Assembly: GCA_963695555.1 (NCBI GenBank)
Contig: CAVOGR010000005.1
Coordinates: 416,001-480,000, forward strand
Source: an uncultured Gemmatimonadales bacterium
GTDB taxonomy: Bacteria > Gemmatimonadota > Gemmatimonadetes > Gemmatimonadales > GWC2-71-9
Length of the DNA: 64,000 bases
Reading direction: 5' to 3'
Each line of letters starts with the position of its first letter. Position 1 is the first letter of the stretch. Positions 44,231-55,155 of the stretch are shown here, one piece after another. Position numbers and translations under genes: made by a program. Below the pieces are notes generated by a model. The model saw only the letters and a program-made list of their open reading frames with translations, had not been told where the DNA came from and ran no database searches.

Positions 44231-47200
44231 TCACACGCTCGCGGATGGTCTGGAAGACGACGTAGAGCGGCGGGAATGACGAAGATGCCCACCACGGCGG
44301 CGGCGAGCATGCCGCCCGCGACGGCGGTGCCCACGGCGCGGCGGGACAGTTCGGCGGCGCCCTCGGCGCGTCACCAGCGGGATCAGGCCGGCGATGAAGG
44401 CGAAGCTCGTCATCATCACCGCGCGGAAGCGGGCTGCGCGCCCGTCGATCGCGCGGCGTCGACGATCGACGCGCCCTCCTCGCGCCTCACCTTGGCGAAC
44501 TCCACGATCAGGATCGCGTTCTTGGCGGCCAGCGCGATGCAGCACGACGAGGCCGATCTGGGCGTAGATGTCGAACGGGAAGCCGGCGAGCCATGAGCGC
44601 GAGCGAACGCGCCCGCCGACCCCGAAGACCACCGAGAGCAGCACCGGGATCGGGATCGTCCAGCTCTCGTAGAGCGCCACGAGGAACAGGTAGGCGAAGA
44701 GCAGCGCGAGGCCGAGGATCAGCGGTGGTCTGGCCGCTCGCCTCCTTCTCCTGCAGCGCGGTGCCCGTCCATTCGAAGCCGATAGCCCGGCGGCAGGGTC
44801 GCGGCCGAGATCTCCTCCATCGCCAGCGAGCGCCGTGCCGGAGGCGACGCCCGGCGCCGGGTTCGCCGTTGGATCGTCACCGAGCGGAGGTTGTTGTAGC
44901 GCATGATCGACAGGGACCGACCTCGCAGTCGCGGCCTCGGCGACGGCGCCGATCGGCACCATCTCGCCGTGCGGCGATTGCGGACGTGGATGCGCGCGAT
45001 GTCCTCGACCGCGTCGCGGTCCGGCTCGGCGCCTGCATGCGTCACCCGCCAGGAGCGGCCGAAGAGGTTGAAGTCGTTGACGTAGACCGACCCGAGCGTC
45101 GCCTGCAGCGCGGCGAAGACGATCCGAGACGGGACGCCGAGCGCGCTGCAGCCGCTCGCGGTCGATGTCGAGGAAGATGCGCGGCGCGTTCGCCGAGTAG
45201 GTGGTGAAAACGCCCGGCGAGCCGCGGGTCCTGGTTCGCGGCCACGATCAGGCCCCGCGCGGCGGCTGCGGCAAGCTCGGCGGCCGGAGCGGCCCTGGCG
45301 GTCGAGCAGCTGATACTCGAAGCCCGAGCCGGTGCCGAGGCCGATGATCGGCGGCAGGTTGAAGGCGAAGACCTGCGCCTCGCGGATCGCCGCCCCGCGC
45401 CCGTTCGCCTGCGCGATGATCGCCGCGACACGTCGGCCCCGGGCGTCGTCCGCTCGGCGAAGGATCCTGCAGCGTGACGACCGAGAAGGCCGCGTTCGAC
45501 TTCGCGAGCCCGTCGAGGAAGCTGATAGCCGGATGATCGTGACGACGCTCTCGACCCCGGGCAGGCCGCGCCAGCATCGCCTCGACCTGGCCCTGCCACC
45601 GTGACGGTGCGGTTGACCGAGGCGACCCTCGGGCAGCCGGATCTCCACGAAGAAGGCTCCCTGGTCCTCGGCGGGCAGGAACCCGGTCGGCACGCGCCCG
45701 GCGAGCCAGCCGGTCAGCGCCGAAGGCGCCGACAAGCAGCAGCGACGCCGAGGAACGCGCGCCGCGCGATGGCGCCGGCGACCCGGGCGTAGCCGTCGCG
45801 CGCCCGTCGATCCCGCGCGAGATCCAGCCGAGCACGCCGCCGCGCGGGCCGTGATGCGGCTTGAGGATGATGGCGCAGAGCGCGGGGCTGAGCGTGAGCG
45901 CGTTGATCGCCGAGATCACCATCGAGACCGAGACGGCCACCGCGAACTGCTGGAAGAGTTGGCCCGAGATGCCCGGGATGAAGGCCACCGGCACGAAGAC
46001 CGACAGCAGCACCAGCGTGATGGCGACGATGGCGCCGGTGATCTCGCCCATGGCCTTGCGGTCGCCGCCTCGGCCGGCGTCATGCCGGGGTTCTCCTCCA
46101 TCACCCGCTCGACGTTCTCGACCACGACGATGGCGTCGTCGACGACGATGCCGATGGCGAGCACGAGCGCGAGCAGCGAGACGGTGTTGAGCGAGAAGCC
46201 GAGCGCCAGCATCACCGCGAAGGTGCCGATCAGCGCCACCGGGACCGCGATGATCGGGATCAGCGTGGCCCGGAGGCTGCCGAGGAAGACGAAGACGACG
46301 ATGCACGACGAGCACGAACGCCTCGATCAGCGTGTGCTCGCACCTCGTCGATGCTCTCCTCCACGAATTCGGTGGTGTCGTAGGTCATGCTTGTAGGCGA
46401 CGCCCTCGGGGAAGGCTCGCGCCACGCGCTCGAGCACCGACTGCACACCGTCGCGCCGCCGCCGATCGCGTTGGCGCCGGGCGCGAGGTAGAGGCCGATC
46501 ATGGCGCTCGGGCGCACCGTCGATCCGGGCGGTCGATGTCCGAGTTGCGCCGCCCCGAGCTCCACCGTCGCCGACGTCGCGGATGCCGCACGACGCTGCC
46601 GTCGGGGTCCGCGCGGACGACGATGTCGCCGAACTCCTCCGGCGTCGGTCGAGCCGGCCCTGGGTGGAGATGTTGAGCTGGAACAGCGGGTCCGCCGTCA
46701 TCGGCTGGCGCGCCGACCCGGCCGATGGCGGCCTGCACGTTCTGCGCCCGGATCGCGGCGATCACGTCGGCCGGCGTCAGCCCGAGCGCCGGTCAGCCGG
46801 TCGACGTCGAGCTAGACGCGCATGGCGAAGTCGCGCGGCCCGAACATCGCCGCGTCGCCGACGCCGGGCACCCGCTTCAGCTGGTCGAGGAGGTTGATGC
46901 GGGCGTAGTTCGACAGGAACAGCGCGTCGTGATCGCCGCTCCTCGGCAGTAGAGGCTGATCACCTGCAGCAGGGCGGAGGACTGCTTCTTGACGCTCACG
47001 CCGGTCTGCCGCACCTCCTCGCGGCAGCATGCGGCCGTCGCCAGCGCCACGCGGTTCTGCACGTTCACCGTGGCGATGTCGGGGTCGGTGCCGACCGCGA
47101 AGGAGACGGTGAGCGAGTAGCTGCCGTCCGCGCCGCTGGTCGACTTCATGTAGATCATGTCGTCGACGCCGATGACCTGGTCCTCGATCGGCTGGGCGAC

Positions 47201-47384
47201 GGTCTCTCCACCACCTCGGCGCCGGCGCCGGGGTAGGACGCGGTGACCGAGACCTGCGGCGGCACGATGTCGGGAAACTGCGCGACCGGCAGCCGGGTGA
47301 GCGCGATCGACCCCGCGATGGTGATGACGATCGAGATGACGCGCCGCGAGCCGCGGGCGGCGCGATGAAGACGTCGGAGATCAT
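44231..47384 (-). CDS. RND efflux permease (AcrB/BepE-like), heavily frameshifted
   Basis: [38 protein letters not shown] and [12 protein letters not shown]. Confidence 0.92.
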
Positions 47385-47388
47385 CGGC

Positions 47389-48557
47389 TCAGCCGTCCGA
47401 CGGCGCGAGGGCGGCGTCGACGACGATGCCGGGCCGGACCTTGTTCAGGCCCTCGACGATCACGTGCTCGCCCTCCGCGAGGCCCGCCGTCGATGACGGT
47501 GAGCCGTCGGACCGTCGACTCCGGTCGCGACCCGGCGGAGTTCGACGATGCTGTCCTCCCCGACGACGAGGACGAAGGCGCCCTGCATGTCGCGCTGCAC
47601 CGCCTGCTGCGGCACGGTCAGCTGCGGCTCGGGCGTCTGGGCCGTGAGCGTGACGCGCACCAGCGCGCCGTCGATCAGGCAGCGCTTCGGGATTGGGGAA
47701 GACGGCGCGGACCAGCACGGTGTCGGTGCCGCTGGGCCACGGTGACGCCGGAGAAGTCGATGTCGCCGGGATGGGGGTAGGTGGAGCCGTCGGCGAGAAC
47801 GAGCGTGACCGCGCCGATCGGGCTCGCTGTGCCGGCCGCGCGCCGCGCCTGGAATTCCAGCAGCGTCCGCTCGGGCACCGGGAACTCCACATACATCGGG
47901 TCGCGGCGCACCAGCGTGACGAAGGGCGGGCTTTCGGGCCCCACCAGCGCGCCCTCGTCGACAGAGGCGAGGCCGACGACGCCGCGAAAGGGCGCCACGA
48001 TCTCGTATAGGAAAGGTCGAGCGCTGCGCGGTCGAGCTGCGCCGAGAGACGGCTGCACCTCGGCGTCCGCTACGGCGAAATTCGCCTCGGCGATGTCGAG
48101 CACGGACTGGGCGACCGCCTCGCGGGCGACCAGCGTCGGCCTGGCGGTCGCGCTCGATCTCGGCCAGCCGACGTCCCGCCTCGGCTGCTGCCCGTGCGGC
48201 CTCGATCTCGGCGACGGCGGCGCGATAGGCGCCATCCTCGATGCGGAAGAGCACTGCCCCTTGCCCGACTTCACCGCCCTCGACGAACCCGCGCTCCTCG
48301 ATGAAACCGGAGACGCGGGCGCGGATGTCCACTTTCTGCACGGCGGCCGCGCGCCCGGTGAAGACGGCGCTCTCGCTCACCTCGGTCATCTCAGCAAGCG
48401 CCACGGTAACCGCCGGCGCCGGTGTGCCCTGCTGGGCGGCTGTCGGGGGCGCGGCGAGGATCGCGGCGAGAAGTACGGTCACCAGCAGTCCGGCCAGGAC
48501 CCGCCGCGCGGGTATCTCCCGGTCCGAGCGCACGATATCCACGACTGGCACCTCCAT
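47389..48557 (-). CDS. RND efflux periplasmic adaptor (MFP), frameshifted
   Basis: VDIRARVSGF, F.EG..V..G..LF.I, IVAPF.G.VG and GTDTVLVRAVFPNP. Confidence 0.9.
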
Positions 48558-48696
48558 CCCGCCGGTACGGCTCTACTTGTGCCGGCCCTTCGCATCGAAC
48601 CCTGCGCGAACGATAGCGTCGCGGAGGACCGCGCGTCCACCGGCATCTGTCCGCTCCTTGGGGACGACGCCGATGCAATCCGGGAACGGGCCGCGC

Positions 48697-51312
48697 TCAG
48701 CGCCCAGCTGTTTGGCGCTCCCGGATGGTCTCGAGCGCTTCGCCCATTTCCCGGCGAATCCGCGCCAACTCGGCTTGACCCTCCCTTTCGTGGCGACGGG
48801 AGAGGCGCTGGTGCGGCTCGGCGAGCTGCGGTCCCGCCACCAGCGCCATCTGCCACATCAGGCGGCTACGCCGGAACTGGCGCGCCTTTTCCGCCGTCTT
48901 CGCCGCGAACACCCAGAGCCGGGCACTCCGCGGGGCGGAGAGGGCGTGGAGCTCAGCGACATCGACCGCCTCGGCCGAACGCCCGGCCGCCTTCAGCGCC
49001 GCACAGAGCGCAGCGAGCGGACCGATGCCGTTCGGCGCGAGCGCCACTGCCCGCCGCAGAAGCGCCATAGCCTCCTCCCGGTCGCCCCGCGTCCCGCGGG
49101 CGCGGGGACCTGCTGCTCGTTGCAACCGCAAGCGGGCGCAGAGCATCAGGCATCGCAGGTTCCGGGGATCGAGCGCCAGCGCCCGGTCGGCCAGGGCCAG
49201 AGCCGCGTCGTCGTCATCGACGGCGGCGAGGGCCGCCTGCTCGCGCAGGCGCACAGCCTCCCGCGCCGACGCAAGCGCGCTCTGCGTGCCGCGCTGACCG
49301 GCGCGGATCGTCTGCTGCAGGAGCCAGCGGCAGACCGCCTGTCGCCAGCCCTTTGCACCGGCCCTGTCGAGAACAGCCAGCGTGGCCGCCAGGCTGTCCT
49401 GCGCCAGGCGTTCCCAATCCGGCTCCGCCCCGGGGTCGCCGCCGGGGCCTGTGCCGTAGGGGGGGAACGGAACGCGCCGCGCGCCGCGCGCCCGCGCGTC
49501 CCGCAGCAATTCCAGCGGGCCCGTCGGATAGCGATGCAGCGTCACCACGTTTCGCCCGTAGCGGAAAACCGCCGTCTGCCGCAGCCAGCCGTTGAAGACC
49601 GTATCCTCGGACACTCGCAGCCCCGGGGGGAAGTAGCCTGTGCGCACCAGCGCAGGGCGCGCATAGGAGACCCCGTAGTGCGAAACCTCCGCGTCGGGCG
49701 TATCCCGCCGCCGCCGCCGGTGCATCAGCGCGTTTGCAGCCCTGGAGATGGGGTTGCGGGGTCGGTGCGGAATGACCGGGGAGGATACCGCCTCGGCCCC
49801 GGCACGGTGCAGCGCCAGCCGCTGCGCGACCCACCCCGGCCGGGCGATGCAGTCGGCCGCCAGAAAGGCCACGAACGGCGCGGTTGACGCATCCACCCCG
49901 ATATTGCGGATCGCCCCCACGAACAGCGGCTCGGCAACCTCGATCAGCCGGATCCGATCGAGATGGGGCGCCAGCAGCCGGCGCGGGCTGACACCCCCGG
50001 AATTGACGACCACGATCTCGGCCCCGGGCTCCTGTGCGCAGACCGATGCGACCGCGGCACGCAATGCGGCCGGCGCGCGAAAGGCCAGCACGACTACGGC
50101 AAGCTCCGCGCCGGTGTCGACGCGCGCGCCCTCTCGCAGGCGGGCGGGTCCCGCGGTCCAGCGCCGCCATAGTGCGCCGGGTCCCTTGAAGCGCGCCATG
50201 CTCGTCCGCAGCATCGCGGCCTGCTGGCGCGCGAGCAGACTGCCCGGGGCGCAGCGCAGCGCATCCTTTGCCGCTGCGCGCGCCTCCTCCAGCCTGCCCT
50301 GAGCCGCTAGCGCCCGGCTCATGAACAGATGCGCGGCTGAACTCTGCGGGTCGGCCGCCGCCGCCGCCTCGGCCGCCGCCAGCGCCGCAGCCGTCTGCCG
50401 CGCGTCCAGCGCCGCGCTAGCGGTCAGCAGCTGCAGGTCGCTGTCGCCGGGCGCCGCGTCGGCGAGGTCCCGCGCGACGCGGTATGCGCCGGCCGTGTCC
50501 CCAGCCGCGCGCTGGGCCGCGATCAGGTGCAGGCGGTTCGCGGGGCTGTCGGGCACCGGAGCGCGCGGCAGACCACCGGGCGCGGACCAGAGCCTGCCGT
50601 CGTCCCGGTGCGGGGGATGGTACTCCCGCCCAGCCGGGATCTCCTCCAGCACCGCGTCGCGCTCGTCGACGAGGTAGTCGTAGCCGATGGCCTGATGCGC
50701 GCGCTCCGGATCGGCTGCTGCATAGAGATCGCGCCGGCGTTGGCGCCGCTGGGGCGAGATCATGTTCAGATGATAGAGATTGATCCCGGTGCTGCGCCGG
50801 ACGACCCCGGAGTTGTCGGCGATCCAGCCGCCGTGCAGCGCCGCGGGGGAGGCATTCAACGCCGGCAGGCAGGGAAACAGCCGCATCGCCTTCTTGCGAC
50901 CCCACAGCCCGTCGACGCGATAGGCGTCCGGGGTGAACATCTCGCGCAGCTCGAACGACCAGCGCGTATTGGGGGGCGCCGCCGTGAGTTCGCCGATCCG
51001 CTCGGCCAGGGTGGCCTCGAACCGCTCGTCCGGGTCCACGGCGAGGATCCAGTCCGCGCCCATGTCGCGCGCGGCCGCCAGCAGCAGGTTGCGCCGGGTC
51101 GGCTCGTCGCTCAGCGCATCCTTTGCCCTGCGATCATCGAATGCCGCCCAGCCATGCACCACGCCCGAGAGGTTCTCTATCAGCGCAGGAACCAGATGCG
51201 CGTCGTAGCGGTAGGAAAAGACCCCGATAACACGGGCGCACGCGGCCGGTTGGATCCGGCTTGTGTGTGTCTCGAGACCTGGCATTGCGAAGCTGTGCCA
51301 CTCATTACTCAT
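48697..51312 (-). CDS. Two-domain GT2 glycosyltransferase with TPR-like helical repeats (start uncertain)
   Basis: N-terminal GT2-like (FDD, WILAVDPDERF), Ala-rich TPR-like blocks, second GT2 (VVVNSG, RNIG, FVAFLAADC, SEDT) and C-terminal TPR-like block. Confidence 0.75.
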   Translation of the reverse strand: MSNEWHSFAMPGLETHTSRIQPAACARVIGVFSYRYDAHLVPALIENLSGVVHGWAAFDDRRAKDALSDEPTRRNLLLAAARDMGADWILAVDPDERFEATLAERIGELTAAPPNTRWSFELREMFTPDAYRVDGLWGRKKAMRLFPCLPALNASPAALHGGWIADNSGVVRRSTGINLYHLNMISPQRRQRRRDLYAAADPERAHQAIGYDYLVDERDAVLEEIPAGREYHPPHRDDGRLWSAPGGLPRAPVPDSPANRLHLIAAQRAAGDTAGAYRVARDLADAAPGDSDLQLLTASAALDARQTAAALAAAEAAAAADPQSSAAHLFMSRALAAQGRLEEARAAAKDALRCAPGSLLARQQAAMLRTSMARFKGPGALWRRWTAGPARLREGARVDTGAELAVVVLAFRAPAALRAAVASVCAQEPGAEIVVVNSGGVSPRRLLAPHLDRIRLIEVAEPLFVGAIRNIGVDASTAPFVAFLAADCIARPGWVAQRLALHRAGAEAVSSPVIPHRPRNPISRAANALMHRRRRRDTPDAEVSHYGVSYARPALVRTGYFPPGLRVSEDTVFNGWLRQTAVFRYGRNVVTLHRYPTGPLELLRDARARGARRVPFPPYGTGPGGDPGAEPDWERLAQDSLAATLAVLDRAGAKGWRQAVCRWLLQQTIRAGQRGTQSALASAREAVRLREQAALAAVDDDDAALALADRALALDPRNLRCLMLCARLRLQRAAGPRARGTRGDREEAMALLRRAVALAPNGIGPLAALCAALKAAGRSAEAVDVAELHALSAPRSARLWVFAAKTAEKARQFRRSRLMWQMALVAGPQLAEPHQRLSRRHEREGQAELARIRREMGEALETIRERQTAGR

Positions 51313-51595
51313 TTGCCGTGAGCATGGAAGCCGCCCGCGGGCCTTGTCAACTCTCAACCCGCGCGGCGCGCTCGCCGCCGTGGCCGTGACGTTCGCGGGC
51401 ATGCTGGTATTCCGCGGCCCGACGCTCTGGGTGTTCCAGAAGGGCGCATCAAGCGATCGGCGGAGCGCCCTGGTCTCGCGGGGCGTGGCGCTTGCAAAGG
51501 CGCAGACGGGTCCGCACAGTAGCAGCATCGAGCCCTGCCCGGATCGTCATGCGGACACGCCGTATCCTCCGTTCCCCGACCGCGACGTGCGCCGC

Positions 51596-52789
51596 ATGCA
51601 GCGGCTGAGCCAGTCGCCGCGGGAGGCGGGTTTCGTCCAGGACCCCTACCCGTTCTATGACCGCGCCCGGGCGGCGGGGCCGCTGTTCTTCTGGGAGGAC
51701 TACGGGTTTCCCTGCGCAGCCGGGTATGACGCGGTGAACGCCATCCTGCGCGACCGCCGCCTCGGGCGCGAACCGCCGGAGGAGATGAAGCCGGCGCGGC
51801 CCGCACATCTCGCCGCCTTCTACGCCGTGGACGACCTCTCGATGCTCGACCGCGAGCCGCCGGCGCATACGCGGCTGCGCGGTCTGGTGCTGCGCGCCTT
51901 CACCTCGCGGCGGATCGCGGCGCTGGAGCCGGAGATCGCGGCGGTGGCGACGGGGCTCGTCGATCGGATCGAGGGACCGGAGATCGACCTGATCCCGACT
52001 TTCGCCGAGTTGCTGCCGGTCATCGTGATCGCGCGCCTGCTCGGCGTGCCGGAGGACATGGCGGGGCAGCTTCTGCGCTGGTCGCACGAGATGGTGGCCA
52101 TGTACCAGGCGCGGCGCGATCGCGAGGTCGAGGAGCGGGCGAACCGCGCTGCCGGGGAATTCGCGGCCTTCCTGCGCACCCACGTCGAGGCGCGGCGGGC
52201 GCGGCCGGGGGACGATCTCATCAGCCAGCTGAACGCGGCGGAGGACGGCGGCGACCGACTGAGTTCGGACGAGCTGATCGCCACCTGCATCCTCTTGCTG
52301 AATGCCGGGCACGAGGCGACGGTGCATGTGATCGGCAACGGGCTCAATGCGTTCTTCGCCGCGGGCTGCGATCCCGGGGCAGTGTTCGGCGACCCGGGCC
52401 GGACGCGCGCGGCGGTGGAGGAGATGCTGCGCTTCGATCCTCCGCTGCATCTCTTCACCCGCATCGCGCGCGAGGACGTGGAGATCCTGGGCGTGCGGCT
52501 GCGGCGGGGCGAAGAGGTCGGCTGCCTGCTGGCCGCGGCCAACCGCGACCCGGCGCGCTTCGAGGACCCCGGCCGGTTCGACCCGGGCAGGGCGAATGCG
52601 GGGGCGCAACTGGCTTTCGGGGCGGGCATCCACTTCTGCGTCGGCGCGCCGCTCGCCCGGAGCGAGCTGGCGGTGGCGCTGCCCATTCTGTTCGAACGGC
52701 TGCCGGGGCTGCGGCCGACGGGACCTTCGATCTTTGCCGACCGCTACCATTTCCGCGGGCTGACGGCGCTGCCGATGTGCACCGTCTGA
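51596..52789 (+). CDS. Cytochrome P450
   Basis: AGHEAT, EEMLR and FGAGIHFCVG heme motif. Confidence 0.95.
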   Translation: MQRLSQSPREAGFVQDPYPFYDRARAAGPLFFWEDYGFPCAAGYDAVNAILRDRRLGREPPEEMKPARPAHLAAFYAVDDLSMLDREPPAHTRLRGLVLRAFTSRRIAALEPEIAAVATGLVDRIEGPEIDLIPTFAELLPVIVIARLLGVPEDMAGQLLRWSHEMVAMYQARRDREVEERANRAAGEFAAFLRTHVEARRARPGDDLISQLNAAEDGGDRLSSDELIATCILLLNAGHEATVHVIGNGLNAFFAAGCDPGAVFGDPGRTRAAVEEMLRFDPPLHLFTRIAREDVEILGVRLRRGEEVGCLLAAANRDPARFEDPGRFDPGRANAGAQLAFGAGIHFCVGAPLARSELAVALPILFERLPGLRPTGPSIFADRYHFRGLTALPMCTV

Positions 52790-52868
52790 CGCTGATCGCG
52801 AATCGTCTCGCGCGGCGCAGGGTTCCGGCGTATCTGGATCGCGCTGATTCACAGCACAGGGGGTAACC

Positions 52869-53555
52869 GTGTTCAACAAGCTGTCCGCCGAGGCTTTCGG
52901 CACATTCTGGCTGGTGTTCGGAGGCTGCGGCAGCGCCGTGCTCGCCGCCGGCTTTCCGGAACTCGGCATCGGTTTCGCGGGGGTCGCACTTGCGTTCGGT
53001 TTGACCGTGCTGACCATGGCCTATGCCGTCGGCCCGATCTCGGGCGGGCATTTCAACCCGGCGGTCACGCTGGGCCTCGCCGTGGGCGGGCGCTTCGAGT
53101 GGAGCGAGGTTCTCCCCTACTGGATCGCCCAGGTCGTCGGCGGCACGATCGCTGCGCTGATCCTCTACATCATCGCCTCGGGGGCGCCGGAGTGGAGCGC
53201 GGGCGGCTTCGCCAGCAACGGCTATGGCGCGCTCTCGCCGGGCGGCTACAGCCTCATGTCGGCACTGCTGATCGAGATCGTGCTGACCGGGTTCTTCATC
53301 ATCGTTATCCTCGGGGCCACCAGGGCGACGGCGCCGGCGGGCTTCGCGCCGATCGCCATCGGCCTCTGCCTGACGCTGATTCACCTGATCTCGATCCCGG
53401 TGACGAATACCTCGGTCAACCCGGCGCGCTCGACGGCGGTGGCGTTCTTTGCCGAGACGGCGGCGCTGGGGCAGCTTTGGCTGTTCTGGGTGGCGCCGCT
53501 GATCGGTGCGGCACTGGGCGCGCTGATCTGGGCCGGTCTGCTCGGCCGCGACTGA
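52869..53555 (+). CDS. aqpZ: Aquaporin Z
   Basis: [27 protein letters not shown] and NTSVNPARS. Confidence 0.96.
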   Translation: MFNKLSAEAFGTFWLVFGGCGSAVLAAGFPELGIGFAGVALAFGLTVLTMAYAVGPISGGHFNPAVTLGLAVGGRFEWSEVLPYWIAQVVGGTIAALILYIIASGAPEWSAGGFASNGYGALSPGGYSLMSALLIEIVLTGFFIIVILGATRATAPAGFAPIAIGLCLTLIHLISIPVTNTSVNPARSTAVAFFAETAALGQLWLFWVAPLIGAALGALIWAGLLGRD

Positions 53556-53559
53556 GCGG

Positions 53560-54383
53560 ATGCGCGACGACCGCAGCCCGCCCGATCTGCCGGAATCTGG
53601 CGTTGCCCGGCTTCTGGCGATCATGTCGCGGCTGCGGGACCCCGACCGCGGTTGTCCCTGGGACGTCGTACAGGACTTCGACACGATCGCGCCCTACACG
53701 ATCGAGGAGGCCCACGAGGTGGCCGACGCGATCGCGCGGCGGGACATGGGGGGCTTGCGCGACGAGCTGGGCGATCTGCTGCTCCAGGTCGTCTACCACG
53801 CACAGATGGCCTCGGAGGCGGGGGACTTCGGGTTCGACGACGTGGTGGCGGGGATATCTCGGAGAAGATGGTGCGGCGGCATCCGCATGTCTTCGGGGAT
53901 GCCTCGCGCGACAAGAGTGCCGCCGATCAGACCCGCGACTGGGAGGCGATCAAGGCGGCGGAGCGGGCGGGGCGTGACGGCAGCGCGAGCGCGCTCGACG
54001 GGGTGATCGAGGGGCTGCCGGCGCTGACGCGGGCGGTGAAGCTGCAGAACCGGGCAGCGCGGGTCGGGTTCGACTGGCCGGACGCAGGCGCGGTGCTCGA
54101 CAAGATCGCCGAGGAGACGGCGGAGCTGGTCGAGGCGCGGGACGCAGGCGATGCGGGGGCGCTGGCCGAGGAATACGGCGACCTGATGTTCGTGATGGCG
54201 AACCTGGCGCGGCATCTGGGGATCGATCCGGAGGCGGCGCTGCGGAGGGCCAATGCCAAGTTCACCCGGCGGTTCCGGGGGGTCGAGGCGGCGCTGGCCG
54301 CGGAGGGGCGGCGGCCGGAGGGTGCCACGCTGGCCGAGATGGATGCGCTCTGGGATGCGGTGAAACGGGACGAAAAGAAGTAG
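53560..54383 (+). CDS. mazG: Nucleoside triphosphate pyrophosphohydrolase MazG, frameshift near 53855
   Basis: GCPWD, YTIEEA.EV, ELGDLLLQV, RRHPHVF and GFDWP. Confidence 0.93.
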
Positions 54384-54395
54384 GCCCGCGCAGGA

Positions 54396-54461
54396 TAACC
54401 AGTGCGGAGATTTTTCAAATAGTTGAAAAACAACGATAATCGTGGTTAATCGAGAGTTAAC
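54396..54461. promoter_or_regulatory. AT-rich element: palindrome TTTTTCAA-ATAG-TTGAAAAA plus a perfect CtrA box
   Basis: Palindrome at 54411-54430; TTAA-TCGAGAG-TTAAC at 54446-54461. Confidence 0.5.
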
Positions 54462-54482
54462 GGCACGCCCGCGGGCCTCGGA

Positions 54483-54824
54483 TCAGGGCCGCGCGCAGAA
54501 GATGGCGTGCAGCGCCGTGACCAGCTGCTGCACCCGATCGTCCCCGATCGAATAGTAGATCGCCTTGCCCTCGCGGCGGCTGGTGACCAGGCCCTCGAGC
54601 CGCAGGCGGGCGAGTTGTTGGGAAACGGCCGCCTGGCGCGCACCGATCAGGTCCTCGAGCTCGCTGACCGATTTCTCGCCCTCGACGAGGTGGCAGAGGA
54701 TCATCAGCCGGCCCTCGTGGGCGAGCGCCTTCATCAGGTCGGAGGCGGCCCGCGCCTGTGCGGCCATGCCGCTCGCATCGGGTCCGCGCATCTCCGGCTC
54801 GGCAAGGATTGCATCGGTCGTCAT
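54483..54824 (-). CDS. ArsR/SmtB regulator, BigR/SqrR-like (two Cys)
   Basis: KALAHEGRLMILCHL..GEKSV.EL, VSQQLARLR and C-terminal AIFC. Confidence 0.85.
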   Translation of the reverse strand: MTTDAILAEPEMRGPDASGMAAQARAASDLMKALAHEGRLMILCHLVEGEKSVSELEDLIGARQAAVSQQLARLRLEGLVTSRREGKAIYYSIGDDRVQQLVTALHAIFCARP

Positions 54825-55155
54825 CGACAAACGCCCTCTACGGCGATCATATCGGGACACTCATATAGAGAAAGTCGAAGATGATGGAAAGCCCCCTGTC
54901 GCGGCTACGGACAGAACCCCGGGCCTTCCTGGCGACGTAGCCAGTGCGCGGCAGCCGGTATCGCGGCCACGGCCTCCACACCCTCGCCTGCCGCGAGATC
55001 CGCACGTGCCGGGAGCGGCGCGAGCAGCGCCAGAAGCGCGATGCCCGCCAGAAGATGTCCAGCCACGGCCTCCCCTCCTGTCGCTGGTGGTCCTCGTGAT
55101 GAGCCTGCGACCGATACGGTCGCCGCGATAACGCGCGCACCCGATCGGGATCGCG

